Source: an uncultured delta proteobacterium (GTDB lineage Bacteria; Desulfobacterota; Binatia; UBA9968). Taken from it: a stretch of DNA of 64,000 bases. The stretch is taken from NCBI GenBank assembly GCA_963745835.1, contig CAVUZH010000001.1, forward strand, positions 1 to 64,000. The letters are read 5' to 3'. This document shows, in pieces, positions 1-9,672 of the stretch. A model generated the notes under the pieces. It made no database searches and had not been told where the DNA came from. It saw only the letters and a program-made list of their open reading frames with translations. Position numbers and translations under genes: made by a program. Numbering within the stretch: the first letter of the stretch is position 1; every line of letters begins with the position of its first letter.

Positions 1-119
1 AGAACTGTCCAATACTTTCTTTGAATGCCAGCCATTGACTTTCCTTATAGCGACTCGTAATAAAGAATTAGATTGTTCGTGTTGACCTTGCACCGCGATT
101 TCCAGGGAGGTGAGGGCTC

Positions 120-1070
120 ATGACGCTCCATCAGCTGAAAATTTTTCAATCTGTTGGAACACTTCTGAACATCACGAAAGCTTCTGAAATTCTGCATATA
201 AGCCAGCCATCGGTTTCCCAACAGCTAAAACTTTTGGAAGAAGAATTTGGCACCAGGTTCTTCGCCAGACTCAGTCAAGGGGTGGAGCTGACCCACGAGG
301 GCAAACAGTTTCTTGACGCAGTGAGTCCTATTCTTGCGCAAGCTGAACTCGTCGAAAAGACGTTCAAAAGAAACACGAATCGAGCGGTGCTTTTAAAGAT
401 CGGCGGAAGCCATAACGTCTCATTTGATGTTCTTCCAGAACTCCTCATGACCTTTAAGCAGAGCCACCCTTTAGTTCAGTTCATCCTCGAAACAAACGAT
501 AGCTCAGTGATCGAAAGGCGGGTGCTCAACTCGGAAGTGGAGATAGCTCTAATTACCAATCCATCGTACCGCTCTGAAATCGTTTATGAGCCTTATGAGG
601 AAATGCAGGTCGTGGCGTTTTGCCTGCCGACAAATCCTGTCGCCGGGAAAACCCTCAGCTTGAGAGAACTGTCACAGTTGCCACTTGTGGTTAGAACTGG
701 CGGTAGAATAGAACACGCGCTCAGGAGCCACAGGCAGACGGTGAATATTGCAGTCCGCTGCGAAGCATCGGCAGCGGTGAAGGCTGCAGTAGGGCTCGGA
801 ATGGGTGTGGGAATTTTGTATCGCGACGCGGTTGTCAGCCGGATGGCCAGGGGCACTTTAAAAGTGATCGATGTGCCTGAGTTGAAGGAAATGGGGGTTC
901 AATCGTTTATCATTTTTGACAAGCGGAAGCCGCTACCACCGATCGCCGCGGAGTTCTTGGAGATGCTCCGGAAACGCGACTCGGTATTTCGGAATGATAA
1001 CAAAAAAGTCCGAAGCGCTGCTTTGTCACTACCGGAGAAAAAAGCCCACTCGACGAAGATGAGCTTGTAA
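120..1070 (+). CDS. LysR-family transcriptional regulator
   Basis: N-terminal LysR HTH (MTLHQLKIF...ITKASEILHISQPSVSQQLKLLEEEFG) plus substrate-binding domain; GGGAGG upstream. Confidence 0.93.
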   Translation: MTLHQLKIFQSVGTLLNITKASEILHISQPSVSQQLKLLEEEFGTRFFARLSQGVELTHEGKQFLDAVSPILAQAELVEKTFKRNTNRAVLLKIGGSHNVSFDVLPELLMTFKQSHPLVQFILETNDSSVIERRVLNSEVEIALITNPSYRSEIVYEPYEEMQVVAFCLPTNPVAGKTLSLRELSQLPLVVRTGGRIEHALRSHRQTVNIAVRCEASAAVKAAVGLGMGVGILYRDAVVSRMARGTLKVIDVPELKEMGVQSFIIFDKRKPLPPIAAEFLEMLRKRDSVFRNDNKKVRSAALSLPEKKAHSTKMSL

Positions 1071-1111
1071 ATCCTGCATCGACCCACTCAGCGAAAAATC
1101 CTGTAAAAAAG

Positions 1112-1711
1112 ATGAGTAAAATTTCTGGTTTGTTTGCGGGGCTCGCCATCCTGGTGGGCGCTCTTGGGCTTGGCTGGCCAGAAAATCGAGACGCGGTGCT
1201 TCACGCCGACGATAACCACTCGGACTTAGCCCACATCGCTCCGTTCGTGTCCACGCCGCCGGAGGTGGTGAGTCGAATGCTAGAGCTAGCCGAGATCAAG
1301 CAAGGGGATGTGCTTTATGATCTTGGATCGGGCGATGGAAGAATCGTTGTAGCTGCGGCGAAAAAGTTTGGAATAAGAGCGGTTGGCTTCGAGATCGATC
1401 CGGGCTTGGTCAAAGATTCGCGGCAATTCGTCAAACAAGCCGGTCTGGAAGAATTGGTCGAAATTCGCGAGCAGGACATCCGAACTGTCGATTTTTCACC
1501 TGCAAGCGTGGTTACCATGTACCTCTATCCTGCAGCCAACCTGCGTCTCAGGCCGGTGCTGATGCGCGAGTTGAAGCCCGGTTCCAGGGTGATATCCCAC
1601 GATTTCGGCATGGGCAATTGGAAGCCTGATCACGTGGAGCGTATGCGAGATACAGCCGGGCTCTCCCGAACGATCTACCGGTGGCGCATCGCCGAGTCTT
1701 TCGGGCGCTGA
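1112..1711 (+). CDS. Class I SAM-dependent methyltransferase (FAM173/ATPSCKMT-like) with N-terminal hydrophobic leader
   Basis: APFVSTP, YDLGSGDGR motif I, VVTMYL, LKPGSRVISHDF; paralog of 9019..9600. Confidence 0.88.
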   Translation: MSKISGLFAGLAILVGALGLGWPENRDAVLHADDNHSDLAHIAPFVSTPPEVVSRMLELAEIKQGDVLYDLGSGDGRIVVAAAKKFGIRAVGFEIDPGLVKDSRQFVKQAGLEELVEIREQDIRTVDFSPASVVTMYLYPAANLRLRPVLMRELKPGSRVISHDFGMGNWKPDHVERMRDTAGLSRTIYRWRIAESFGR

Positions 1712-1947
1712 GCCCATGCTGGCTGCAGAGACGGCGATCGATAGAATGATTCTAGATCACGCTGCTTTAACGCGGCGGGCATAACCAATCGGGATCCAGC
1801 ATTGGCGGCGTTCGCGGTTCTCTTAGTCGAACCGAATGCTGCCACCTTGTTCATCTTAATCCTGCGCTGAGATCCAAACTCCTTCCATGTTCGGATCTCG
1901 CTTCACCTCCGAACAATTGATCGCGGACTTTTTTTATAGACCTCGAG

Positions 1948-1977
1948 TTGACACTATCGAATGGTATCGGCTACTCT
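1948..1977 (+). promoter_or_regulatory. Putative sigma70 promoter of thrC-metB
   Basis: TTGACA (1948-1953), 18 nt, TACTCT (1972-1977). Confidence 0.5.
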
Positions 1978-2116
1978 TTAGACTCTCATAAAGCTGACGG
2001 TTGTCTCACTAGTAACTGCTTGATTCTCTCGAACATGAGTTGGCTGGCATAACTGTTCTTACGTTTCGGAATTGACCGTTCCGATTGCCGCTCAAGCGGG
2101 GAAGGCTCTTATTATC

Positions 2117-3472
2117 ATGAGTTACAATGCGTGGTTTCAGTGCATCAACGGCTGTCCGGGCCAGTTTAGTCTGCTCGAGATCATGTATCGCTGTCCCTCG
2201 TGCGGCGACTTGCTGGAAGTGCGTCACGATATGGACGCCCTAAAAACCAGGGCGGCGGCGGCATGGATCAAGCTGTTTGATGATCGTTACCGCCAAAATC
2301 TTTACCCTTACGGCTCCGGTGTTTGGGCAAAAAAAGAATGGGTCGTACCATTCATCGACAACGAGAACATCGTCTCAACCTTCGAGGGCAATACCAACCT
2401 ATTTTGGGCGGAGCGTTACGGCAAGCAGCTGCACCTGGAAGACCTCTGGGTCAAGCAATGCGGTAACTCCCATACCGGTTCTTTCAAAGACCTCGGCATG
2501 ACCGTTCTGGTTTCAGTGGTAAAGCAGATGATGGCCGACGGAATGCCGATTGACGCAGTTGCCTGCGCCTCAACCGGCGATACTTCCGCGGCCCTAGCAG
2601 CCTACGGCGCCGCAGCCGGCATTCCCACAGTCGTTTTCCTGCCGCGTAACAAGGTTTCTCCCGCGCAACTGGTTCAACCGCTGGCCAACGGCGCATTGGT
2701 GCTATCGCTGGACACCGATTTTGATGGCTGCATGGCTGCCGTCCAGAAAGTGACAAAGCATAAACACATCTACCTGGCTAATTCGATGAACAGCCTGCGC
2801 ATCGAGGGGCAAAAGACCATCGCCATCGAAATCGTGCAGCAGTGCGACTGGGAAGTGCCCGATTGGGTGGTGCTGCCGGGCGGAAACCTAGGCAATGTCA
2901 GCGCGCTCGGCAAGGGATTTTTAATGATGCACGAGCTCGGCCTGATCTCTAAGCTGCCGCGCATTTGTGTCGCGCAGGCGGAGAACGCGAATCCGTTTTA
3001 CCGAGCCTTCTTGACCAATTTCGAGCGCTTTGAGCCTATCACCGCCAAAGAGACCCTCGCCAGCGCGATTCAGATCGGTAATCCCGTCAGTATCCGTAAG
3101 GCGATTGCAACTCTGCAACGTTTCGAGGGCGTGGTCGAACAGGCTTCCGAGTCGGAGCTTGCTGAAGAAACCGCGCGCGCCGACCGCACCGGAATGTTCA
3201 ACTGTCCGCACACCGGCGTTGCCTTGGCGGCGCTGCGCAAGCTCGTTGAACGCAAAGTGATCCGCTCGCATGAACGGGTGGTGGTCATTTCGACCGCTAA
3301 CGGACTTAAGTTCGCCGACCAAAAGATTGCTTATCATGCGGGCACTCTCGCCGGAGTCAAACCAGGACATCAGAATCGGCCGGTGGAGTTGAGTGCCGAT
3401 CCCAAGCAAATTGCCGCCGCGATATCGCACTATGTCGAGCGCATGCGGCTGCTAGATGGCGTTAATGGCTGA
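2117..3472 (+). CDS. thrC: Threonine synthase (plant-like subtype)
   Basis: [14 protein letters not shown] lysine motif, [25 protein letters not shown]; ATG at 2117 preferred over TTG 2072. Confidence 0.93.
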   Translation: MSYNAWFQCINGCPGQFSLLEIMYRCPSCGDLLEVRHDMDALKTRAAAAWIKLFDDRYRQNLYPYGSGVWAKKEWVVPFIDNENIVSTFEGNTNLFWAERYGKQLHLEDLWVKQCGNSHTGSFKDLGMTVLVSVVKQMMADGMPIDAVACASTGDTSAALAAYGAAAGIPTVVFLPRNKVSPAQLVQPLANGALVLSLDTDFDGCMAAVQKVTKHKHIYLANSMNSLRIEGQKTIAIEIVQQCDWEVPDWVVLPGGNLGNVSALGKGFLMMHELGLISKLPRICVAQAENANPFYRAFLTNFERFEPITAKETLASAIQIGNPVSIRKAIATLQRFEGVVEQASESELAEETARADRTGMFNCPHTGVALAALRKLVERKVIRSHERVVVISTANGLKFADQKIAYHAGTLAGVKPGHQNRPVELSADPKQIAAAISHYVERMRLLDGVNG

Positions 3473-4718
3473 TCGCGGATCTAAGGACAGCGACAAAGCT
3501 GCTATCTTGCCACTGCAAGCCCAGTCAGAGTCGAACCCTGGCGCAGCACCCCGAGGCATCGGCACTATCGCCGTCCATGGCGGTGAGGCTCGGCCAAAGC
3601 TCGGCAATGCGTTGGCGACACCGATCGTGCAGACCGCCACCTACACCTTTGCAAATACCGATGAGCTTCGCGACCATTTTGAGCGACGTATCGAGCGCCA
3701 GGAGTACGGCCGTTACGGCAACCCAACGCAACGTATCGCCGAGCAGAAGCTGGCGCAGCTCGAAGGGGCCGAGGATTGCTTGCTGTTTGCCAGCGGTATG
3801 GCCGCAATTACAACCACGCTCTTTGCCGTTCTCTCGCACGGATCGCATGTGGTTGTCACAGACGACTCTTATCGCCGGACTCGTCAGTTTCTCACGCAGG
3901 TGCTGCACCGTTATGGCATCGAAGTCTCGGTGGCTCGAGCCGGCGACTATGAGGCTATAGAAGGAGCGATCCGTCCGACCACGCGCGTGCTCGTAAGCGA
4001 ATCGCCGACTAATCCGTACAACTACATCGTCGATCTCGAGCGCTTCGGTGAAATCGGCCGTCGTCATCGGATCAAGACGATCATCGATGCGACGTTTGCC
4101 ACGCCGTTTAACCAGCGGCCGCTCGACTTCGGCATTGATCTGGTTTTGCATTCCGCGACCAAATACTTGGGCGGACATAACGATCTCCTCGCCGGCGCGG
4201 TGCTTGGATCTGCGGATCTGATTGACGGGATTCGCGGCTTGCAGGCGGTGACCGGAGCCATCGCAGATCCATTTACCGCATACCTGCTTATTCGGGGGCT
4301 AAAAACATTTGCTCTGCGGATCGCGCAGCAGAATACGACGGCGCAAGCTCTCGCCGAATTTCTCCAGTCGCACCCGCGGGTTACTGCCGTTTATTACGCC
4401 GGCCTCCCGTCGCACCCGCAGCACAATGTCGCGCGCCGCCAGATGCGCGGCTTCGGCGGCGTTGTCTCGTTTGAGGTTGCCGGCGACCTCGATGCGACGT
4501 CGCGCGTCGTCGATGCCTGCCGTATCCCGCAGATCGCGCCCTCGTTAGGCGGGGTGGAAAGTCTGATCGAGCAGCCTGCATTGATGAGCTTCTACGAGCT
4601 TACGACGGAAGAGCGTCTGCTCGTCGGCATCAAAGATAATCTGATCCGCTACTCGGTTGGCATCGAAGATTCGGATGATCTTATCGCCGATTTGACCGCG
4701 GCACTCGAACGCCCGTGA
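3456..4718 (+). CDS. metB: Cystathionine gamma-synthase (Cys/Met PLP family, plant-like)
   Basis: [43 protein letters not shown]; overlaps thrC stop. Confidence 0.85.
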   Translation: MALMADRGSKDSDKAAILPLQAQSESNPGAAPRGIGTIAVHGGEARPKLGNALATPIVQTATYTFANTDELRDHFERRIERQEYGRYGNPTQRIAEQKLAQLEGAEDCLLFASGMAAITTTLFAVLSHGSHVVVTDDSYRRTRQFLTQVLHRYGIEVSVARAGDYEAIEGAIRPTTRVLVSESPTNPYNYIVDLERFGEIGRRHRIKTIIDATFATPFNQRPLDFGIDLVLHSATKYLGGHNDLLAGAVLGSADLIDGIRGLQAVTGAIADPFTAYLLIRGLKTFALRIAQQNTTAQALAEFLQSHPRVTAVYYAGLPSHPQHNVARRQMRGFGGVVSFEVAGDLDATSRVVDACRIPQIAPSLGGVESLIEQPALMSFYELTTEERLLVGIKDNLIRYSVGIEDSDDLIADLTAALERP

Positions 4719-4778
4719 ATCAGATCCGCTGATTTCAGATCGTACTTGATCGACTCAACTCATGCTCAAGGAGGGGTG

Positions 4779-4997
4779 ATGGCGATATTCGATTCGTTGG
4801 TAAACGCGCTAAGGACGCTTGCGATTGGTGATCGGGTAAGGATTACGGTTCGGCCGGAAACCGGAGTTTTTCCCAATCCAGTGGACGGAGAGATCACCGC
4901 CAAGGATGACAGAGGTAATCTTTCCTTGAAGTCGCAGCAGGGAGTGATTCAGGTGAGTGCCGATGACGTTCTATCGATTACTAAACTAAGATTGTGA
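4779..4997 (+). CDS. Small SH3-like protein resembling the BirA C-terminal (BPL_C) domain
   Basis: AAGGAGGGG SD before ATG 4779; GDRVRIT...GEITAKDDRGNLSLK...QVSADDV pattern. Confidence 0.6.
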   Translation: MAIFDSLVNALRTLAIGDRVRITVRPETGVFPNPVDGEITAKDDRGNLSLKSQQGVIQVSADDVLSITKLRL

Positions 4998-5135
4998 TTG
5001 CCGATTACTAAAGCGATCGATTTGTTCTACTTCACCACCAACCGTTGCAGCATTGGGCCTGCCATCCCGCGTCCCGATAACAGCATTCGCATATCGTAGA
5101 AAAAGATCCGGAGGTGATAGACTGAGCGTAAGTCT

Positions 5136-5849
5136 ATGAACTTCCGTTGGCTCCTTTTCCGGATACCGATGCGCTCGATGTTGGAGGCGCGAACCTTGAT
5201 TGCGCTGTTCCTAATCGTCGGCGCGATGCTCCTTTTCGCTGAATTCGTCGATCGCGTCGTTGAAGGCGATACCCGCGCTTTTGACGAGAGAGTATTACTG
5301 GCTTTCCGTGATCCAAACAACCCTTCTTACCCTATTGGTCCAGCATGGCTCCAGATCATGTTTCGCGACATCACCACACTCGGCGGCTATGCGGTGGTGA
5401 TGCTGATATCCTTCGCTGTGATCGGTTTTCTGGTCATGGACGGTAAACGTGGCGCTGCATTTTGGGTGCTGGCCTCGGTTAGCGGGGGTGCCGTGCTTAG
5501 CAATTTGCTTAAGCTCGCTATAGAGCGGCCGCGGCCTGATCTCGTGGCTCGCCTGGTCGAGGTGAATACCCCAAGTTTCCCAAGCGGCCACGCCACACTT
5601 GCGGCCGTGACTTATCTCACGTTGGGAGCGCTGCTCTCCCGAGTGGAGGCGCGTCGCCGTGCCAAAATCTACGTCCTTACTGTGGCAGTGGTCCTGACGT
5701 TCTTGATCGGCGTAAGCCGCATTTACCTTGGCGTTCACTGGCCAACAGATGTACTGGCGGGCTGGTGCGTTGGTGCCGCTTGGGCGATGTTATGCTGGCG
5801 CATAGCGCTTTCGTTGCAGCGAAGTGGCAGGATTGAAAGCGACGTCTAA
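5136..5849 (+). CDS. PAP2-family membrane phosphatase
   Basis: K-x4-RPRP, SFPSGHA, SRIYLGVHWPTDV motifs; multiple TM segments. Confidence 0.93.
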   Translation: MNFRWLLFRIPMRSMLEARTLIALFLIVGAMLLFAEFVDRVVEGDTRAFDERVLLAFRDPNNPSYPIGPAWLQIMFRDITTLGGYAVVMLISFAVIGFLVMDGKRGAAFWVLASVSGGAVLSNLLKLAIERPRPDLVARLVEVNTPSFPSGHATLAAVTYLTLGALLSRVEARRRAKIYVLTVAVVLTFLIGVSRIYLGVHWPTDVLAGWCVGAAWAMLCWRIALSLQRSGRIESDV

Positions 5850-5910
5850 GTAAAAATCCAGTCGACCTAACCAGAGTCGGACTTGTCCGACGAGAAAAGA
5901 TTTAGCGATC

Positions 5911-6471
5911 TTACCCGGGTGGGATCTTGTCAACTAGTTTGCCATTGCTATAAAGCTCATAGCCTTTGACGCTCAATTCGTATCCACGCGGCGGATGGTC
6001 AGAGAAGTCAATGACGGTTAAGTCGAGCACCAGGACAGTTTCTCCGCGCGCTGCAATATCGAACGACAGCTTGACCGGCCCGATGGTATTTTTCACCGGT
6101 ACGCTACGTCGGTTTTTCTTGAGGAGACCGTCCACCGATTTGATTTTCAGATGGAATGCATCAAATGCTCCGGCATCGATGTCCGCCCGGAATATTTTGG
6201 CGCTTTGTTTGCCGACATATTTCGTAAGATCGAGAGAGGCTTGAGAAGGACTAAATTCCTTCCAACTAGTCTGCCAAAATCTCAATCCCGGTTTGGTACT
6301 GATGGCAATGCTGTTAATCGTTAGGAGCAACCGAGAAAAATCGTCGATTGCCTCGCGGTGATCCTTGATGCGGACTTCGAATGCGCCTTGCTCCGGTTGA
6401 CCAGCCAAACCGGGGGCAACCCAAAGCACCAGCAGAAGGAGGGTGTTAAGGAAACGCGAGTATGTCCTCAT
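5911..6471 (-). CDS. Exported DUF4382-like beta-sandwich protein
   Basis: Signal peptide (…APGLA/G); FEVRIKDH…FSRLLLTINSI…LDLTKY pattern resembles DUF4382; start overlaps the stop of the upstream SCO gene by 4 nt. Confidence 0.55.
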   Translation of the reverse strand: MRTYSRFLNTLLLLVLWVAPGLAGQPEQGAFEVRIKDHREAIDDFSRLLLTINSIAISTKPGLRFWQTSWKEFSPSQASLDLTKYVGKQSAKIFRADIDAGAFDAFHLKIKSVDGLLKKNRRSVPVKNTIGPVKLSFDIAARGETVLVLDLTVIDFSDHPPRGYELSVKGYELYSNGKLVDKIPPG

Positions 6472-7094
6472 TGCGGCCTAGGCTGACGGAGCCGCGCTAG
6501 ATCCTTCAGGACTTCTTTCTCCTGCCATTTGTCGCCGTAATAATCGACACGGCGAATCCCTCTTGAATCGATGAGTGTGGTAAGGTTGGTGTGCTGAATT
6601 TGTCCGTTGCCCAAATCTTTGACCGTCACGCCGAATTCTTTCCACACTTGCGCCAGCGCCTCGCGAGTGCCGCTGAGAAAATGCCAGCGCTCAAAGCCCG
6701 CATGGAAAGCCTGTGCGTAGGCTTTCATTTTTGCCGGAGTGTCTCGCGCCGGATCCGTCGTGATGGTCAAAAGAAGGTAATCGTCACGATTTTCCTCCTC
6801 TAGGATGCGCTGCATGGATGCCAATTTTGCTGTGAACAGAGGACAAACATCAGGACACGTGGTGTAAACAAACGTGACCAAGACGAGTTTCCCGCTGCCA
6901 GGGGTGAACTTAAAGGGCTTGCTGAATTGATCGATGAGGACAAAGCTCGGTGCCGGCGTGCTCGACTCCCTGCGGCCTATTTCGCCTTTTTTCGGTGGAA
7001 TCGGAATATGTGAAAAGACAGACGTCGACGACAGCAGGCCCACGCCCAAAAAAACCGCGGCAATCCACAGGCTAATGCGCAACTTGAAAGTCAT
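6468..7094 (-). CDS. SCO/SenC-family metallochaperone (copy 2)
   Basis: YTTCPDVCP (CxxxC), TTDPARDTP, QHTNLTTLID His ligand; signal peptide; ATG 7094 (alternative 7103). Confidence 0.9.
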   Translation of the reverse strand: MTFKLRISLWIAAVFLGVGLLSSTSVFSHIPIPPKKGEIGRRESSTPAPSFVLIDQFSKPFKFTPGSGKLVLVTFVYTTCPDVCPLFTAKLASMQRILEEENRDDYLLLTITTDPARDTPAKMKAYAQAFHAGFERWHFLSGTREALAQVWKEFGVTVKDLGNGQIQHTNLTTLIDSRGIRRVDYYGDKWQEKEVLKDLARLRQPRPQ

Positions 7095-7977
7095 AGGTGA
7101 CATTTAACTCTTTTATTCCTTCGGGAAGGTCGCCGCGCACCATATAAGTGGTCGAAAACTCCGACTCCTCACCGGGACGTAGTTCGACCGGAAGCAGCAA
7201 GGCGCACTCGATGATATCCAGATGCTCGCTGAGCTCGTCGGGCTCAATTCGATGAGTGATCCGAGTCGAGATCGTCTGCGTCGTTCGATTCTTGACTCGG
7301 TAGGCGATGGTGAAAAGTTCGCTTGGGCGGATTGTCGTGGCTTTGTTGACAGGCACCGCTTCGATGGATTGTGTCGGAGGCACTACCGCGTCATAACTCA
7401 CCCTGATCCCGGCAGCCCAATCGAGATAAACCCGCCAGCTCGTGCCTTCCTTCACCAAGGTAAATTCTTCTTCCCCCTCGATTGTTTTAATTTCACCGGC
7501 GCGATTCATTTGATCGAGCGTGGATAAAATTTCGCGCTGCATGGATGATGGCAAAGCGTTCAGCCGCTCTTCGTCCCATTCCAGCAGGATAGCCGACAAG
7601 CTATTCGCGTCGGGGTATTTAGCTTCAACTTTGACCCGCAATTGGCCGTTCTGTTCTCTTACGGTTTCCAGCGGTCGCAGTTCGATGAATTGCGCTAGCT
7701 TGCGTGTCACGGCAAGCGGAAAACCGCTGAAGGATCCTTTTTCGCGAACGTATATGCGCTCGGCCTTGAGCTGTCGATCGCCGAGGGAGATATACCGATA
7801 GGCTTTCTTGAAATCGCGCGCGTAGGAATTCTTGAGAAAAGCCTCGACGGTGTTGAACGCCTCTGTCTGGGGGCTGTGCTGCGGCGAGCTGCTCTTACTA
7901 TAGAGAAAAGCGGCCGGCAGAATCAGTATGAATGCCGCCGCCACACCTAAAAACCAACTTGTAGTTCGTGAGTTCAT
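7072..7977 (-). CDS. Membrane-anchored protein: NTF2-like domain + degenerate Cox11/CtaG-like C-terminal domain (paralog C)
   Basis: N-terminal TM; YARDFKKAYRYIS; C-terminal RPSELF…VKN…ITHRIEP…IIECALLLPVELRPGEE…VTYDF. Confidence 0.7.
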   Translation of the reverse strand: MNSRTTSWFLGVAAAFILILPAAFLYSKSSSPQHSPQTEAFNTVEAFLKNSYARDFKKAYRYISLGDRQLKAERIYVREKGSFSGFPLAVTRKLAQFIELRPLETVREQNGQLRVKVEAKYPDANSLSAILLEWDEERLNALPSSMQREILSTLDQMNRAGEIKTIEGEEEFTLVKEGTSWRVYLDWAAGIRVSYDAVVPPTQSIEAVPVNKATTIRPSELFTIAYRVKNRTTQTISTRITHRIEPDELSEHLDIIECALLLPVELRPGEESEFSTTYMVRGDLPEGIKELNVTYDFQVAH

Positions 7978-8060
7978 CCAATGTTTCTTGTTGAATCAGG
8001 CCTCCATTCGTTAATTCTGCGCTGAGAACTCGCGGACCCATAATCGGGCAGTGAGCTGGT

Positions 8061-8960
8061 TCAGTTACTGCCGAGAGTGACCGCATAGGTGACGTTTAGC
8101 TGACGCACTCCCTCCGGAAGGTTTCTTCTGAGAAGATAAGTGCTGACGAACTCTTCGTCTTTTCCAGGCGCTAATCGCACTGGCAAAAGAAAACCGCACT
8201 CAACGAGGTCTAGATAATCGCGAACTCCATGGGGATCGACTAAATGGCCTATGCGAGCGAAAAGCTGTTCCTGACTGGTATTTTTCACGTTGAGCACGAC
8301 TTTGAAGATTTCACCCGGTCGGGTTACCACATCCGAATGCGCGAGACGCGCTTCGACAGGAACTGAACTCGGAACCGAGGTTTGAAATCCGACGTTCACC
8401 GGCGATGCCCAATTCAGAAGAATCTTCCAGAAAGCCCCTTCTTTGGCCAATTCGAAAACATCCTCTCCTTGAATCATCTCAATTGCATGATTTCGACGCA
8501 GCTTGTCGATGCCGGCCAGCAGCGCTTTCCGCTCGGTCTCTGACAGCGCTTCCAGCTGGTCGATATCCCAATTGTGCAGCATCGGACCTAGCTTTTCGGC
8601 GTCCGGCACTTCGAACTTGATTTTTATTGTCGCTCGACCGTCAACGATCCGGGTCTCGACAGGCTTCAGTTCTATATAGCTCGCAAGGATTCTGGCGATC
8701 TCCAGTGTAAACCCGGTAAACGCGCCCCGGTCTCTGACATAGCTGGCGCGATCTTTTAGGCGCTGGTCGGGAGCGGCGATATGGGAGTAAGCTTCCTCAT
8801 AGTCTCTGGCGTAGGTTGCCCGAACATAGCGGTCCAACGTGCTGACCGCGTCCTGTTGGTCGGCAGCGACGGCGGAACGCATATCGAAGCTAGATAGCGC
8901 CAAGAGCGCGATTACAAACAAACCCGAACAGGAGCTTCGAGTCGATAAATCTCTTTTCAT
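8061..8960 (-). CDS. Exported protein: NTF2-like domain + degenerate Cox11/CtaG-like domain (paralog B)
   Basis: Signal peptide; YARDYEEAYSHIA; RPGEIF…VKN…IGHLVDP…LVECGFLLPVRLAPGKD…VTYAV. Confidence 0.7.
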   Translation of the reverse strand: MKRDLSTRSSCSGLFVIALLALSSFDMRSAVAADQQDAVSTLDRYVRATYARDYEEAYSHIAAPDQRLKDRASYVRDRGAFTGFTLEIARILASYIELKPVETRIVDGRATIKIKFEVPDAEKLGPMLHNWDIDQLEALSETERKALLAGIDKLRRNHAIEMIQGEDVFELAKEGAFWKILLNWASPVNVGFQTSVPSSVPVEARLAHSDVVTRPGEIFKVVLNVKNTSQEQLFARIGHLVDPHGVRDYLDLVECGFLLPVRLAPGKDEEFVSTYLLRRNLPEGVRQLNVTYAVTLGSN

Positions 8961-9018
8961 GCAACAGTAAATCCGAAGTAGCTGTACAACGAGGTTGTCA
9001 CCATTAACTTGTGTTTAA

Positions 9019-9600
9019 TTAAGGCGCTTTGGCTGGAATAATCCAAAGATAAATCGTGCGACCATTGACTCGCTCGGTCTTATCGGGTTTCCAATCACCC
9101 ATATCGAACGCGTGAGAGACCACCCGGGAACCTGGTTTGAGCTGTTTTAGGAGATTCGGTTTAAGCTTCAAGTTAACATCCGGCAAAAGGTACATCGTCA
9201 CCACTGTGGCCGGCGAGAGATCTACAGTTAGGATGTCCTGTTGCTTAATCTCAGCCAATTTTTCCAAACCCGCTTTGCGAATGCTCTCCCGCGACTCTTT
9301 GACGAGGTCGCCGTCGACGTCGAATCCTACCGCGCGGGCGCCCTTCTTGGCGGCGGTGATGACGATTCTGCCGTCGCCAGAGCCAAGATCGTAGACCACG
9401 TCGCCTTTCTTTACACCGCCAAGCTCAATCATTTTGTCGACGACCTCTTGCGGCGTGGGCACAAACGGCACGATTTTCTTAGATTCAAGATCCTGTGCGT
9501 GGGCAGTGCCCGGGAAGATTCCGAAACGGGCATACTGAAAGGATGAGAGGGCAAACACAACCAGAATTGCAGCCAGTGAAAGGCGATGTAGCGGTTTCAT
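9019..9600 (-). CDS. Exported class I SAM-dependent methyltransferase (FAM173-like)
   Basis: Signal peptide ending TAHA/Q; VPFVPTP, YDLGSGDGR, VVTMYLLP, LKPGSRVVSHAF; GGAGG SD. Confidence 0.88.
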   Translation of the reverse strand: MKPLHRLSLAAILVVFALSSFQYARFGIFPGTAHAQDLESKKIVPFVPTPQEVVDKMIELGGVKKGDVVYDLGSGDGRIVITAAKKGARAVGFDVDGDLVKESRESIRKAGLEKLAEIKQQDILTVDLSPATVVTMYLLPDVNLKLKPNLLKQLKPGSRVVSHAFDMGDWKPDKTERVNGRTIYLWIIPAKAP

Positions 9601-9672
9601 TTTCTAGCCTCCCTTTTGGTAATCAATGGTGTCCGAACCAATTAACCATAAAAAAAATCTAGTCGCCACTAT

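Noticed and set aside
1980-2116. Canonical SAM-I riboswitch or thr attenuator before thrC-metB
   Set aside because: The SAM-I core motifs and a Thr/Ile-rich leader peptide are not present; kept only as a weak candidate structured leader.
7898-8086. 62-aa ORF starting in the TY codons of Cox11-like paralog B
   Set aside because: No SCO-like or signal features, and it runs out of frame into paralog C; probably a by-product of the conserved TAT-G.
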